From Paraspadella gotoi (taxonomy: Eukaryota; Animalia; Chaetognatha), in NCBI GenBank assembly GCA_051294375.1, contig CM119268.1, forward strand, positions 18,680,615 through 18,744,602: a DNA stretch of 63,988 bases, in the 5' to 3' direction. Under the pieces are notes generated by a model. The model ran no database searches, was not told where the DNA came from, and saw only the letters and a program-made list of their open reading frames with translations. The stretch's first letter is position 1, and each line of letters opens with the position of its first letter. Positions 1 to 15,000 of this stretch are shown in pieces. Position numbers and translations under genes: made by a program.

Positions 1-3000
1 GCAGTGTACATTAAGGCGTAGTAAAATCTCTAAATTTAACATTAATTAAAATTCAAAAAGTGAGGAACGAACAACATTTTACTAATAAACATTTCTGTGT
101 AAAAAAAATTATAATTTAATTATAATTTACTCATTAGGCCATATTTATANNNNNNNNNNNNNNNNNNNNNNNNNNNNNNNNNNNNNNNNNNNNNNNNNNN
201 NNNNNNNNNNNNNNNNNNNNNNNNNNNNNNNNNNNNNNNNNNNNNNNNNNNNNNNNNNNNNNNNNNNNNNNNNNNNNNNNNNNNNNNNNNNNNNNNNNNN
301 NNNNNNNNNNNNNNNNNNNNNNNNNNNNNNNNNNNNNNNNNNNNNNNNNNNNNNNNNNNNNNNNNNNNNNNNNNNNNNNNNNNNNNNNNNNNNGGATTCG
401 TCATAAAAGTTGATAAAAAGAAATATAACTATTATTAAAAAATTTCTTCATTAAGTGGGTCAAAAATCAGAAAAAAACTACATTTTAAGCTGAAAGTGTA
501 TTTTCTAAAAAGATCCAAGGAACCGAATCGACAGAAGGCATCGAATTCTCGAGGCGACGACGAAGCGAATGGAATTCATTTATGTTTTTTGTGTGATTTG
601 GCTTGTTTTGTGTTCTTGTGTGAGTGTTATTTGTAATTTATTGTTGAATTTTGTTGTTTCTTCTTTCGGATTTTTCTTTTTTTTATTTGTATTTGGATGT
701 TTGTTTTTGGCTTTGTTTGTTTTTTCTAAAGTCATAGGATGAATGCTCTGATTCTTTGAGTTTGGATACTGATTGTTGAATGGAATTCATTTCCAAAACT
801 TTCCACTTTTTTGAAAACCCTGCCTCCACTCGCGCCGCTGCTCCTGCTGCCTCCTCCCTGGTTTTTCCACGATCCTTGATTTCGCTTGTTTTGGGTTAAA
901 TTTCGTTCGGTTATCGTTATATCGCTATCGAACGAGACGCAGACGTGTGNNNNNNNNNNNNNNNNNNNNNNNNNTGTGCAAGCCGCCTTTGCGTTTCATA
1001 TTAGTATCACAAACGTATTCTACAGTAGTTCATTTCCCTGTATAGTTGAATGTCGATGCAACCGCGTCGATAGATTCTCCCCATTGTTCCGCGCCTTTAA
1101 TTCTTGCCGCCCAATCCAACCCCGCATTCACGAGACCATTCGAGCTCTTTAGTTACATGATAAGTCATCATCCCTTCTTTCCATGTTTTCTCTGTTAAGA
1201 CGCCTTCTTTCTGGATCTTCCATGCCGCCTTCTTCATGCAAAAAGATCCCTTTCCATGCCTCCTCATCCCTCGTTCGCCCTGTCCCCATGCCTGCTCCCA
1301 CCCATTTTCGTCTTCGGTTGAGCCACAACAACAACGACAACAATATCAACACCGACGACCAACGGAAGGAATAAAACGTCGGGGAAATATTACTTCTCTT
1401 CTCACGAATAATAATAATAAATTATTAATAATGTTTTATTCCAAAGACTCAGTATTCGCGCCCGAATAACAAACGCGTCGTCCCAAGCGGAAAATGGGTC
1501 GAGGATTGACCGACTCGAATTTATTCATAAACGCGCTATTCGTCTAACACGAGTTCGTTACGTTTATACTATATTTATTTTATTTTATTCGAAAGCGAGA
1601 GAGTTGATTCAGTACAAAAATTACAGAATGACACGAAGTGAAAGATTTTGTGATCTCTACACTAAGTCTAAAAATTAAAAAAAACAAAAACAAAAACAAT
1701 AAAGCGTTGTTTTATTTTTAAAAAAAAGTATAATACTCCTAACAACGATATTTTTCAAAGAATCAATATTAGAAACAAGTCTTTAAACGATAATTGTCAG
1801 AACACAAAATATTTAGAACTCCCCGTGCAGAAAAATCGTCAAACCAACCAAACTAACTTGTTACACGTTTCCACATATTACCCACATTTTCTTCCACATT
1901 CCCTCAGCCCCAAATAAAACCTACGTCCGCCTTAACACACAAAAAAGGCCATGAGCGACAACGACGACGACGACGACAACGACGAATACATTAATAAACG
2001 GAGGTTTTTCTCGAAGGAAAAAAGGAACGGGCGAGAAGGGAGGAAAGGAAGGAAAGGAAAGAGGAAAGCGACAAATGGCGAACAGAAGGATGAAGAGATA
2101 AGATGGAAAAAAGGAAAACAGACGGGAAACATTAAAAAAAAAATAAAAAAACATTTGATTTCCGACAACACAAGATTTAGACCTTTTTCTATAACGAATT
2201 TTATTTGTTAATATACCGTTCGTTTACTTTAGGTCCACGGACTGACATTCAGACAGATAGGCAAAAAAAACGGACACACAGCTATAGTCATTACAAAATA
2301 GATACGCTACAAAATAGTAAAATTAAAATGAAAACAAATTTCAAAAACGGCGAAGAAATATGGGCGAACGAAAATGTTACAGGCAGGGAAAAAAAGAAAA
2401 AAAATAAACATTGTGAGGTGAGGTAGATCCAAACTGTGGTAAGGGAAGGAGGGAAATCGTCGGAAGAATTGTAAACGAGGCGGGACCCTCGATCTGGACG
2501 GTAGTCGGTCTGTCAATCGCGTGAAACAAAAATCGATAATCGATGGGATTAGGGAACGAGAGATAAGGAGATGGGGAGAGGGAAAAGGTACGTAGGGATG
2601 GGGGTAAAAGATGGGAGGAACGGGGGCGGGGAAGACGGGGAAATGACGACAGGAGGAGACCGGCAGATGGTAAGAAAAGAAAAGTTGAAAAGATAGGAAT
2701 TTAGAGGAAAGAGACAACAAGTGAGAAAAGTGGTAGACGATGAGGCACTTAGATGGGTAGAAAAGTGATAAAGAGATAAGAATTATTAATGACAAAAAGC
2801 GTAAGTGAGCGGAAGCCCAAAAGAGGGGAGAAATATTTTTTAACTCCGAAGAGCAAACGTGAAAAAATGAAATAAGAAGATAATGAAAAGAGTATAAGCG
2901 GGCGGGCCAACTGGAAGGGGCTGGGGGGGAAGACTGAGAGATGGATTTATAAAGAAAAAAAAAAGAAAGCAAACAATGAGAAAAAAAAAAGGGAACAACA

Positions 3001-3706
3001 ATTTCGCGGTTCCGAGAATTTCTAGACGACGTCGGCTGATCTTGTTGTTTTATAATCAAGTTACCGCCAAAAAAAAAAATAGGAATACAATTTGCTTAAA
3101 CTGAAACATTTTTTTCTTAGGAGATTGAAGGGGAGAAAAGGGGGAAGGATGAGGGAGGGGGAGCAGGAGGGAAGGGAAGGGAAGGGGAGAAGGGAAGGAA
3201 AGGGGAATGATTCCTCCGTCTAAACAAAACTGTTTCGCCAGTCGATTTTAAGATTCGACTTTCGTTGTTGCTCTTTCTCGGAAATGTTTAGCGCTTCGAC
3301 TATTTTATGTCTAACGTGATGCAATTCAACCAACTTTCTTGAAAAAAAAAAAGATCGAATCCGCGTTAAACCGTTTTCCGTTCTTCTTTGGCTACTTAAT
3401 AATTTATATTTATTTTCTGTTTTTATTAACTACTTTTGCTTTATACCTTGCAAATTAAAAGATTTCCCCAAACGCTTCCACCTCCTCTCCCTTCTCTCGC
3501 TTTTACTCCCTCACCTTCCAGCTTTCGCTCCACTTGCTGAGCTGCCGCGTGTGAGCTCCTCCACTTTCTGTCGCATCGCTTCCTCGTATGCTCCAGTCGC
3601 CGCTTCCCTTCCTCGCGATCTCGAAAAGGCCTGACTGTTGAGGCGAAGCAGAACCGCGGAATTTCTCGTAGCGACGAAGGAGAGACTTCCACGTCCCCGT
3701 AGACCT

Positions 3707-3861
<155 letters not shown>

Positions 3862-4887
3862 GGTTAGTTTGAGAGTTATATATATTAATATATATATATT
3901 ATGATTGTTCCATTTAAATAATTATAACTCATAGACTCTTGGTAAGGTCAATGACTGGCGGAACGGCAGAAAAAAAAATTAAACACATTTTATAAATGCT
4001 TGTTTTTTATTGGCGGTAACTTGTGGCATGAGACATAGACAACCGACACAATGATGACGATCCTTTGAAATGCGGTCTCGCCTGTTTTTTTTCTCCTCTT
4101 CTTTCTCGATGAACCACGCAGCTGTCGCTATTCCACTCAATTCTCTTTCTCTCTTTTCTCTCTCTTTCTCCTCTCTCTCTCTCGTCTCTCTCCGATCTCT
4201 CTCTTGCTCTCTCCTCATCTGCTCTCTTCTCTGTCTCTCTCGCCTATCTGTCTCTCTCTCTCTCTTGCTTCGTGGTACCCGATTCCAATTTGGCTGGATG
4301 GTGCTAGAAGGCAACGACCTCGCTTCAAAAAAGACAACCACAACCGATGGTACAATAAGGATAACTTTATCAATAATATGTCGTTTTTATTGCTAAAAAA
4401 AATCTGAAAAAGAGAATTTAAAAAGAAAAAAGAAAAAAAGGGAAGAGAGTGGGACGTTTTAGAAGCCTTTTTGTTCCACTCGTTATCAGTGACACGAGCT
4501 CGACCTGATTTTCCATCTCACGTGACAAAACAGTGATAGTCGCAGTTGAAATTAACGTTTTATGTAAAGTTCTTTCCTCATGCTTAGTTTTCTCTCACGA
4601 CACACCTAATTTATCACATATAGTTTTACACATAATTTTCATTTTACAATGACAAAAATGCAAAAAGGCAAAAAGGTAAAAAGGCAAAAAGGCAATCTGA
4701 CAGACATCTAGAAATCGTTTTCTACTCTTGAAACAAAACATTAAAACATTTTAAAAAACTATTATTTATTTTAAGGACTTCTGGATCTTCATAACTTGTT
4801 CGCTACCTTAATAAAGTTTAATAAACTAATTCAATTTAGATATTAGTTTAACATCTTCGTTAATCTAAAACGAAATCCTTTTTATCT

Positions 4888-6589
4888 TTATCCCGCGACT
4901 CCCTCCCTCCATTCCATCTCCCCTTCTCTCTCCCCCCCCACCTCCACCTGATCTTGTCTCTCCTCTTTCGTCCTCTTTAATTCCTCCACTTCTTCCTCCA
5001 ACTTCCTCCCTCTCTCCCTCGTCTTCTCGTAGAGTTCTCGCAAATTCTTAATCTTCATCGTCAAGACTTTGCATCGCTCCGCCTCCTCTCGTTTCCGCTC
5101 CGCCTTGCTCTTTTGTTTCGTCGTCGTCGTCGTCGTCGTCATCGTCGTCGGTTGAGGAACGGAGGGTTTGAGTCGAGGCTGAGTCTCGAACCGAATTCTA
5201 GATGGCCTCTCTGCGCGTGTGACGGGCGAAGAAAACAAAAGGCACTAGTTTTTAAAGCAATTGCACAGCGTAAAATCTTTCTTATTAATGTTTCGATACA
5301 ATTTAAAGGAGAAATTCATTATGATTTACAGGTAAACCAAAGAAGTCAATTACAAAAATAAACGGACCTATTTTGGCTATTGTGATAACCTGCTCGAAAT
5401 TTTGTTTGATCAAATAACCAGCGATTGAAACAATCAACAAACAATCAATGATTTCATTCTTTCATTTTCTGTTAATTAATTTAATTGGTCTATTGATTTT
5501 ACGTTTAATATCCAAAGACAAGAGACTCACCCACGACGAAAGTGTTGAGCAGCATCGAAGGGGACCTCGAGCACCTCTCCTCGCTCTTGGCGGCGGCGGC
5601 TTCCGTCGGGAGGCTGGAGGCGGCGCTAGTTGAGTCGCGGCGTCGTCTCGAAGGAAGGCTCGGAGTCTCCTGTGTGAAAAAGGAGATTGTGTGTGGGGGG
5701 AATATTTTTGTCGCTGATTAATGTTTGTTAATGTTTCAAAAAATAACTGACCACGAACATAATGAATATTAAAACTTTTTTTTTTCTTATAAAGACAAAT
5801 AGTTTCATAATAATGATAGGGAAGACATTTTTTGAGCAAAATTGTTTAAAATAATTTTTACTGGCAAAGATTAAGATAACGATAGCGATGAAGACGAAGG
5901 AGGAAATCACAAAGGACCGAATTATTGTAATATCTTTATTATTGACTGGTTTATTGTAATATTGGTTTATTGGTTTATTGGTTTATTGTAATATCTTTCT
6001 TATTAATTTAAATACCAAAAAAGCTCCCAACCCTCATCAGCCCTCACCTTCACGGTCAAACCGGCGGCCATCTTGGATTTGACCCCTCGTTTCTCTCGTC
6101 TAACGTCAGAGGTCCTCACTGAATCGACCTCCGTGGCCGTTCGCTCGGATCGCGTCGTCTCCGGTGACCCGTAGTAGTCCAAGTCTGGAAAAAAGGAAAG
6201 TCAGAATTTATATTTTAATCATAATTTTAAAAAATGTCGATAAGATATGTATATATACAGATATAAAGAGAAATGTATTTGGGAATCAAAGGAACATAAA
6301 AGGAACATAAAAGAATCAGATAATCAGAGACCGCCTATCGAAGATGATGAATTTGAACAGGTTAGGTCTTTTACGTATGTATTTTTCGAAGTATATTTAT
6401 AAAACTTAATAGAAGTCAGAAGAGAAACCAAAAAACGTTAATCCCCGTTGCCCGAGGAAATTGACAAATTCCGTCACATTGAACTTACCCAAGCAACTCA
6501 CCTTTTCGCCCTCCTCTCGTCGTCCGACTCCATTGCTGGTAATCCTCGAACCCTGCCACGGTTGGCTGCGGCATCGGCCGCATCATCAT
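4888..6589 (-). CDS. Orphan 4-exon gene, about 228 aa, with a C-terminal coiled coil (3' end uncertain)
   Basis: Exons 6589-6502, 6184-6048, 5669-5531 and 5210-4888 have GT-AG borders and matching phases (1,0,1). They give one ORF: MMMRPMPQPTVAGFEDYQQW...KDLDYYGSP...EAERCKVLTMKIKNLRELYEKTRERGRKLEEEVEELK. A possible donor near 4946 could give a different end. Confidence 0.6.
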
Positions 6590-6952
6590 CAGCTGCTGCG
6601 GCGCTCGGGACTCGGGACGCTAAAACTGAATCGAATTGCAGATTCAAGCTTTGATAATTTTTTTAATAAATATGTCAGCCTGAAAATACAATCATTTTTT
6701 CAACGATAAACAAAATAAAAGAGTAACGAAAATGACAATCCATAGATTGCTGGATTGTCATGAGGATACACACAAACTGCAACAATTCTTGAAGATTTCA
6801 TGACAAAAAACATTATAGACCACTTTTGACAAATAATAAAAAAGTAGGTTATCAACACAAAACAAGGTTTATAAGTTTATTCATTTTTTTTTCTTTTTCG
6901 AGATGAAGTCTTTGGATTATCAGAGAGAGAGAGAGAGAGAGAGACAGAGACA

Positions 6953-7975
6953 TCATCTGCCGGCGTGAATGAATCCAGCGACGGGCAACATCGCTTGAAT
7001 CCTCCTTTCCTCCAATCTCTTTCTCTCTTCTTCCGTTCTCGGCGTTCCTTCCTCGGGCTTCTTCCTCCTCCTCGCCAACTTCTCCTCCTTCCTCCTCTCT
7101 CTCTCCCTCTGCTCTTCTTCTAGCTCCTCCGCCCTTCGCTCCAGAGCTTGATCCTCCGCGGCCAGCTGCTCCTCCTGCCGCTCCAACGCTTGCTTCCTCC
7201 ACTGGTCTTCGACGACGCGGTTGAGATCCAACGAAGTTCTGGGGCAGGAGGATATGGATCAAATCAAGCAAATCAATCAAATCAAATCAATATGTAATTG
7301 AATGATTGAATTAATGAAGTAATAAATAAATGAATACACGATGAATCAATCAATGAATCAATAAATGAATGCTTGAATGAATGAATGAATAAATAACTAA
7401 ATAAATAAATAAAAAACAACAAAATAAATAAATAAATAAATAAATGATAAAGAAATAAATAAATAAAAAATAAATAAAAANNNNNNNNNNNNNNNNNNNN
7501 NNNNNNNNNNNNNNNNNNNNNNNNNNNNNNNNNNNNNNNNNNNNNNNNNNNNNNNNNNNNNNNNNNNNNNNNNNNNNNNNNNNNNNNNNNNNNNNNNNNN
7601 NNNNNNNNNNNNNNNNNNNNNNNNNNNNNNNNNNNNNNNNNNNNNNNNNNNNNNNNNNNNNNNNNNNNNNNNNNNNNNNNNNNNNNNNNNNNNNNNNNNN
7701 NNNNNNNNNAAAAATAAATAAATAAATGAATAAATAAATTAATTAATCATTAATCATTAATCATTAATTATTAATTAATGTGGCGGTTTGCGTCACTGAC
7801 TTCAAGAGTTCACTTTGAATAATTANNNNNNNNNNNNNNNNNNNNNNNNNNNNNNNNNNNNNNNNNNNNNNNNNNNNNNNNNNNNNNNNNNNNNNNNNNN
7901 NNNNNNNNNNNNNNNNNNNNNNNNNNNNNNNNNNNNNNNNNNNNNNNNNNNNNNNNNNNNNNNNNNNNNNNNAAA

Positions 7976-8010
<35 letters not shown>

Positions 8011-11000
8011 CCTCGCTACCTGTAGTTATACTCGACGGGCCGTTGCGGCAACGTTGTCGCCAACGAAATCTCCTGCCGCAAACTCGTGCGCATCGGCTGA
8101 GGCTTCCTCGTCGTCGTCGTCATCTTTTTTGTCGTCGTCGTCGTCGCCATCGTCGGTCGAGTCGACTTCTTGTTCGAGTTGAAGGACTTGGAACGAGCGA
8201 GTTTCGTTGCGGAAGGTAAGTAAAGTGAGGCGAGGCGTCGAGCGACGAAGTGATCGAGGGCGGGTGGGGCGATCGTTAGGGTAGGGGNNNNNNNNNNNNN
8301 NNNNNNNNNNNNNNNNNNNNNNNNNNNNNNNNNNNNNNNNNNNNNNNNNNNNNNNNNNNNNNNNNNNNNNNNNNNNNNNNNNNNNNNNNNNNNNNNNNNN
8401 NNNNNNNNNNNNNNNNNNNNNNNNNNNNNNNNNNNNNNNNNNNNNNNNNNNNNNNNNNNNNNNNNNNNNNNNNNNNNNNNNNNNNNNNNNNNNNNNNNNN
8501 NNNNNNNNNNNNNNNNNNNNNNNNNNNNNNNNNNNNNNNNNNNNNNNNNNNNNNGATTAATTGTTTGATATAATGGCATAAAGATTATTTGATTTACTTA
8601 TCGTTTGTTTGATTGGATATTCGCTTTATTGTTTAATTTATTAATTGATTGAATGATTGATTGAATTAGAGAGAAGAATAATGTCGTTCATATTGAGCGG
8701 TGCGAAGGACGATGGTGCAAGGAAATCTGAAAAGAGAACTCTTTAAAGAAAAAAGACAAAAAGGAAGAGAAGTAGGGACGTTTTGAAAGACTTTTTGTTC
8801 CCACTGCGTTTACAGTGACACGGAGCTCGACCGTGATTTTCATTCAAACGTGACAAAAACGTGATAGTGCGGCAGTTGAAAATAAGTTTTATGTTCTTTC
8901 GCTATGCTTAAGTTTTCTTCACGACACACCTATTGTATGCAGGCACTAGCAGATTCTTATAACACATAAATTTATCAATGTATACATGACAAAAAATGTA
9001 AAAAGAGGCAAAAAGCTGCAAAAAGGCAAAAAGGCAAAAGAAGCAATCTAGACAGAGCAATCTACGAAATGCGTTTTTTTCATGGCTCTTGAAAGCAAAA
9101 CAGGTAAAACATTTTAACAAACTTATTATTTATTCTTTTAAGGACTTTCTGGAATCTTCATAAGACTTGTTCGCATAAAGCGCGGATTAATAAAGTTTCA
9201 ATAAAAAACTAATTCACATTGAAGATAATTAGTTTTAACATCTTCGTTAATGCTAAAAACGTGAATCCTTTTATATCTAATTATCCCGAGCGACTAGCCT
9301 CCACCTCCATTCCACCTCATCGCCCTTCTCCACCAGATCCCCCCCAGGATCTGGAGTATCCACCTGAAGTCTGTTGGTCTCTCCTCTTTTCGTCCTCTTT
9401 AAATTCCTACCACTTCTTCCTTACCAACTTCCTCCCTCTAGCATGCGCACCACGAGGTCTTCTCGTAGAGTTCCTTCAGGAGCAGAAGCTTTCTCGATAT
9501 AAGTCGTTCGATACTCAGGTCAATGGACACTTGCCAATCGAGCTACGCGAGAGCCCTGACTCTCTGGTTAGGTCGTTTCCAGAGCTCCGGGTCGCTTGCC
9601 GTCTTTTGTTTCTTCGGTCGAGTCGTCCGTGCGTGCGTCGTCATCGTCGCTCGGGTTGAGAGATATTCGTCGGGAGGGTTTGAGTCGAGCTGAGATCTGA
9701 CGAACGCGATTCGCAGGATGAACTCAGGTCTGCGCCGTCAGTGACGGGCGAAGAAAACACAAGAGTCACAGCTAGTTTTTAAAGCAATTGCACAGCGTAA
9801 AATCTTTCTATTAATGTTCGATAAAATTTAAAGAGAAAATTCGTTAGATTTACAGGTAAACCAAAGAAGTCAATACAAAAATAAAACGGACCTACTTTTG
9901 GCTATTGTGATAACCTAGCTCGAAATTTTGTTTGATCAAATAAACCAGCGATTGAAACCAATCAACAAAACAATCAAATGATTTCATTCTTTCATTTCTG
10001 TTAATTAATTTTAATTGTCCTTGATTGATTTTTACGTTTAAATATCCAATACGACAAGAAAGACTCACACCCACGACGACAGTGTTGAAGGCAGCATCGG
10101 AATGGGGGACCATCGAGCAAGCTCTCCTCGCTCTTGGCGGCGGCGGCTTCCCGTCGGAGGCTGAGGCGGCGCTAGTTGAGGTGCGCGGCGTCGTCTCGAA
10201 AGGAAGGCTCGGAGTCTCGCTGTGTGAAAAAGAAGAATTGTGTGTGGGGGGAATAATTTTTGTCGCGATTAAATGTTTGTAATGTTCAGAAATAACTTGA
10301 CCAACGAACATATGAATTTAAAACTTTTTTTTTTCTTAATTAAAAGACAAACAGTTTCATAATAATGGATAGGCGAAGACATTTTTTATGAGCAAAAATT
10401 GTTTAAAATAATTTTTACTGCTAAAGAATTAAGAATAACGATAGGCGATGAAGAAGCGAAGGAGGAAATCAAAAGGAACGCGAATATATTGTAATATCTT
10501 TATTATTGACTGGTTTATTGTAATATTGCTTTAATTGGTGTTTAATTGGTTATTGGTTTTTAATTGGTTTATTGTAATATCTTTTTAATTAATTTTAAAT
10601 AACCAAAAAAGCTGCCCCAACCCTCATCAGCCCTCACGCATTCCACGTCAACGCGGCGGCCATCTTGGATTTGACACCGGCTCGTTTCTCCTCGTCGTGC
10701 ACGTGCAGAGAGTACTCACTGCACTGAATCGACCTCCGTGGCCGTTTCGCGTCGAATCGCGTCGTCTCCGGTGAACGCCGTAGTAGTCCAAGTCTGGAAA
10801 AAAGGAAAGTCAGAATTTATATTTTAATAATAATTTTAAAAAAATGTCGAGAAATGTATTTTGGGAAATCAAAGGAAATGCAATAAAAGGAACATTAAAA
10901 GAATTCAGATAATCAGAGACCCCTATCGAAAGAATGATGAATTTGAACAGGTTTAGGTCTTTTAGCGTATGTATTTTTACGAAGTATATTTATAAAACAT

Positions 11001-12055
11001 TAATAGAAGTCAGAGAGAAACAAAAACGTAAAATCCCCGTTGCCCGAGGAAAAATTGCAAATTCCGTCACATGAACTTGACCGCAAGCAAACTCACCTTT
11101 TCGCCCTCGCTGCTCGGTCGTCCCGAACTCCATTGCTGGTAATGCCTCGAACCCTGCCGGTTTGGCTGCGGCATCGGCCCAATCATGCATCAGCGGCTCG
11201 GAGAACTACGGGAACGCTAAATCTGAGTCCGAATTGCAGGATTCAAGCTTTGATAATTTTATTTTAATAAAATATGTCAGCCTGAAAATACAATCCATTT
11301 TTTTCCAACGATAAAAAAATAAAAGAGTAACGAAATATGACATCCATAGAATGCATGTATTGTCATGAAGGATACACACAAACTGCAACAATTCTTGAAA
11401 GATTTCATGACAAAAAAACATTATAGATCACATTTAACAAATAATAAAAAGTAGGTTTATCAACACAAAAACAAAGGTTTTTATAAGTTTATTCATTTTT
11501 TTTTCTTTTCGAGATGGAATTCCTTTGGATTATCAAGAGAGAGAGAGAGAGAGACAAGAGACATCATCTGCCGGCACGTGAATGAATCCAGCGACGGGCA
11601 ACAATCGCTTGAATCCTCCTTATCCTCCAAATCTCTTTCCTCTCTATCTTCCGTTCTTCGGCGTTCCTTCCTCGGATTCTTCCTCCTCTCGCCACTTCTC
11701 CTCCTTCCTCCTGCTCATTCTTCCCTCTGCTCCCTCTTCTAGCTTTCTCCCACCCTTCGACTCCAGAGCTTGATCGCTCCGCGCGCAGCTTGCTCCTGCC
11801 TGCCTTGGCTCCAACGCTTGCTTACATCCACTGGTCTTCGACGAACGCGGTTGAGAAATCCAAGGAAGTTCTGAGAGCAGGAGGATAGGATCGAATCAAG
11901 CAAATCAAGTCAAATCTAAATCAATATGTAAATTGAATGAATGAATTAATGAAGTAATAAATAAATGAAATACAACGATGAATCAATCAATGAATCAATA
12001 ATAATGCTTGAATGAATGAATAAATAACTAAATAAATAGATAAAAAACAACAAAA

Positions 12056-12086
<31 letters not shown>

Positions 12087-15000
12087 ATATAAATAAATAA
12101 ATAAAATAAATAAATAAATAAAATAAATAAATAATACAATAAATGACAAAATAAATAAATAAATAAATGACAAAATAAATTAAATAAATAATAAAATAAA
12201 TAAATAAATAAACAAATAAATAAATAAATAAATAAATAAATAAAATAAATAAATAAATAAATAAAATAAATAAATAAAATAACATAACGCTCGCTAACCT
12301 GTAGTTATACTCGAGCGGGCCGTTGTGGGGGGGGGCGGCAAAGTTGTCGCCAACGAAAATCTCGCTGCCCGCAAACTCGTGCGCATGCGGCCTGAGGCTT
12401 CCTTCGTCGTCGTCGTCATCCTTTTTTGTCGGTCGTCGTCGACAGCCATGCGTCGGTCGAGTCGACTTCTTGTTCGAGTTGAAGGACTTGGAACGAGCCG
12501 AGTTTCGTTGGGCGGAAGGTAAGTAAAGTGAGGCGAGGCGTCGAGCGACGAAGTGATCGAGGAGCGGGTGGGCGATCGTTAGGGTAGGGGTGGAGACAGG
12601 ATAGGGCGAGGGCGAGAGATTCCGGACGAGAGGCGGTGGCGGGAGGCGGAAGGTTTTCTTTCCTTTTTCCGACGAATTAGGGATTGAAATCATAATCCAG
12701 GTTTCGACTGAGGGATTAAATAATGTTTAAAAACAATGTTTAATAATACAAAATATTGTTTAAATAAGAAATAAAACTAATTTTATCAATATCTTTGAAA
12801 TTTTGATAAACAATTCATTCATTTTGATGTGATTATTAGTTAATTGGATTGATTAATTAAATTTGATATAAATGGCAATAAAGAATTATTTGATTTAACT
12901 TATGTTTGTTTGATTGGAAATATTGCAGCTTTATTGTTAATTTAATTAATTGATTGAATGATCGATTGAATGATTTGATTTGATTATCAAATGATTCGTA
13001 CTCCCTCACAGCCCGGACGTCTCCGCCTGTCCGATGCTGAAAGGCCTCCGCAACGACCTCGGCGTCCTTCTCCCGTGGCGTTGAGCCGCATCAAGGCGCT
13101 CCCAAGTCGGCCGCCGCATCCCCGCAAGAGACCGGAGGCCTTCGAGTGTCTTGCAGACGCGGACGAGACGCGGATGGCGAATACCTGGAATAAGGGTGGC
13201 GGAGGTGAAGTGGGGAGTGACCGGTGACCGGGTGACCGGGTGACCCGCTTGGACGAATGACTTTCCATCACTTTTCCAAGTTAATTCTGTTCCGACCCTC
13301 CGAGAGACTATGTGGGCTAAAAATGCTATCATTTTTTATCGAGCCTTGACGGCGGGCGAAGCCGGGGTCAGGCTTGTATAATGTTTTAAGGGTTGTTCTT
13401 TGTGACGTAGTCCGTCGTCGTCGTCGTGCGTCGTCGTCGTCGCCGTCGCACGCTGTTTTTCAATATATAAAAACTACTACGCTTTTTATAGGTTTGGCTG
13501 TGACTTACCGTTTTTTTTAAAATAAAAATTATTATGAATTAATGATAAAGTTTTACAAAAGTGTGCGATCAATAGTAGTTAAAAAATTTAGATAATGGCT
13601 TTTCAATCTTGAAAAAGCTGTGATATTTTCATATTAAATTTGGAATTTAAGTATTTATTTGTTTGAATTTATCCAGCTTCATTATGATTTACTGCAATAT
13701 GCAAATAGATTAAAGTACTCCTTATAATATCCAAATTAGTAAAATATAGAAATGCTTTAATCTAATTTAACATATTGCAGTATACTAATATTGAAGATGA
13801 AATTCAAAAAAAAATTGTTTTTTAAATTTTTTAATAAAAATGGGAACATCAAAGGATTTTTTTTTATGAGAAGGCTATATCTTAATTTACAATACAAATA
13901 TAAATTAAATGCTAATATTACAAGCTGCGATTGGGAAAAATTGGAAAATTTCCAATTGTAAACAAATTGTAACATATTTTTGCTTTTCTTTTATATCTTT
14001 AAATTAATATAGATTTTCTTTGCCTATATTTGTCAAGTTGCTGCTTGTTTTCTGACCCTTAAAAAACGAGTTCAGGTTCTGCAGTGACTGTTCAGCTGGC
14101 TTTCCAGCTTTCTCTTTTTCTGTCTGCTATCTTTGTCTCTGCTTTTCTCTTCTGTCTCTCTTTCTCATCTCTTTCTGTCTTTCTGTTCTCCTTCGACTCT
14201 GTACGATCGTTCGTTTTTTGAAAATTCTAGATTATTTTTTTCCCTTCTCAAAACTTTTATTATCGCGCAATTTTTATTCCCTCGCTTTTTTTTTTACAAT
14301 CCAAAATCCCAATTTAATATTGCCGAGATATAATTGGAAAGAAATTCGTTCTTTCTTTTTCTTTCTCTCTCTCTCTCACTCTCCTCGTCGTATCAATGAA
14401 TGATTATCATCATATCAATGAATGACTATTCAATCGGCATCAATCATTTGATTATCATACAAGCATCAAGTCATTTTGTTATCATACAGCATCAATTAAT
14501 TGGTTATCATCCGGTCAATATTTGGTTATCATACGCATCAAATATTTGGTTATCATGCGCATCAATATTTGTTACTATCGAAAGCGGCTCGATTTCTATT
14601 ATGGCTTTAAGATTTTTTATTAATTGATTTTTCAAATTTTTATGAATAGAAGTAAATTAANNNNNNNNNNNNNNNNNNNNNNNNNTAGATTAAAAAAATT
14701 AAAAAAATTAAAAAGTCATTATCTTCATTATTATCATAATTTGTATAGTTTTTTATAAATTTTACTTAACTGATAAAACGAAAACTTATTTTGAATCACC
14801 ACAATCGATGGGAGCCTGCATCCATTGGAATAGCTTTGAAATTTTTATTATAAAGTTGTTCCCTCGTCTGAAACCTGGAGGAAAACTCGACAAGGAGACG
14901 CGTCTCGAAAACGACTGGAAAAAGGGAGGAAAACCAAAGAACGAAGCGACAATGACCGGCGGAAATCGTCCGTATTGAGAAATACTCCGTTATGCAAATG

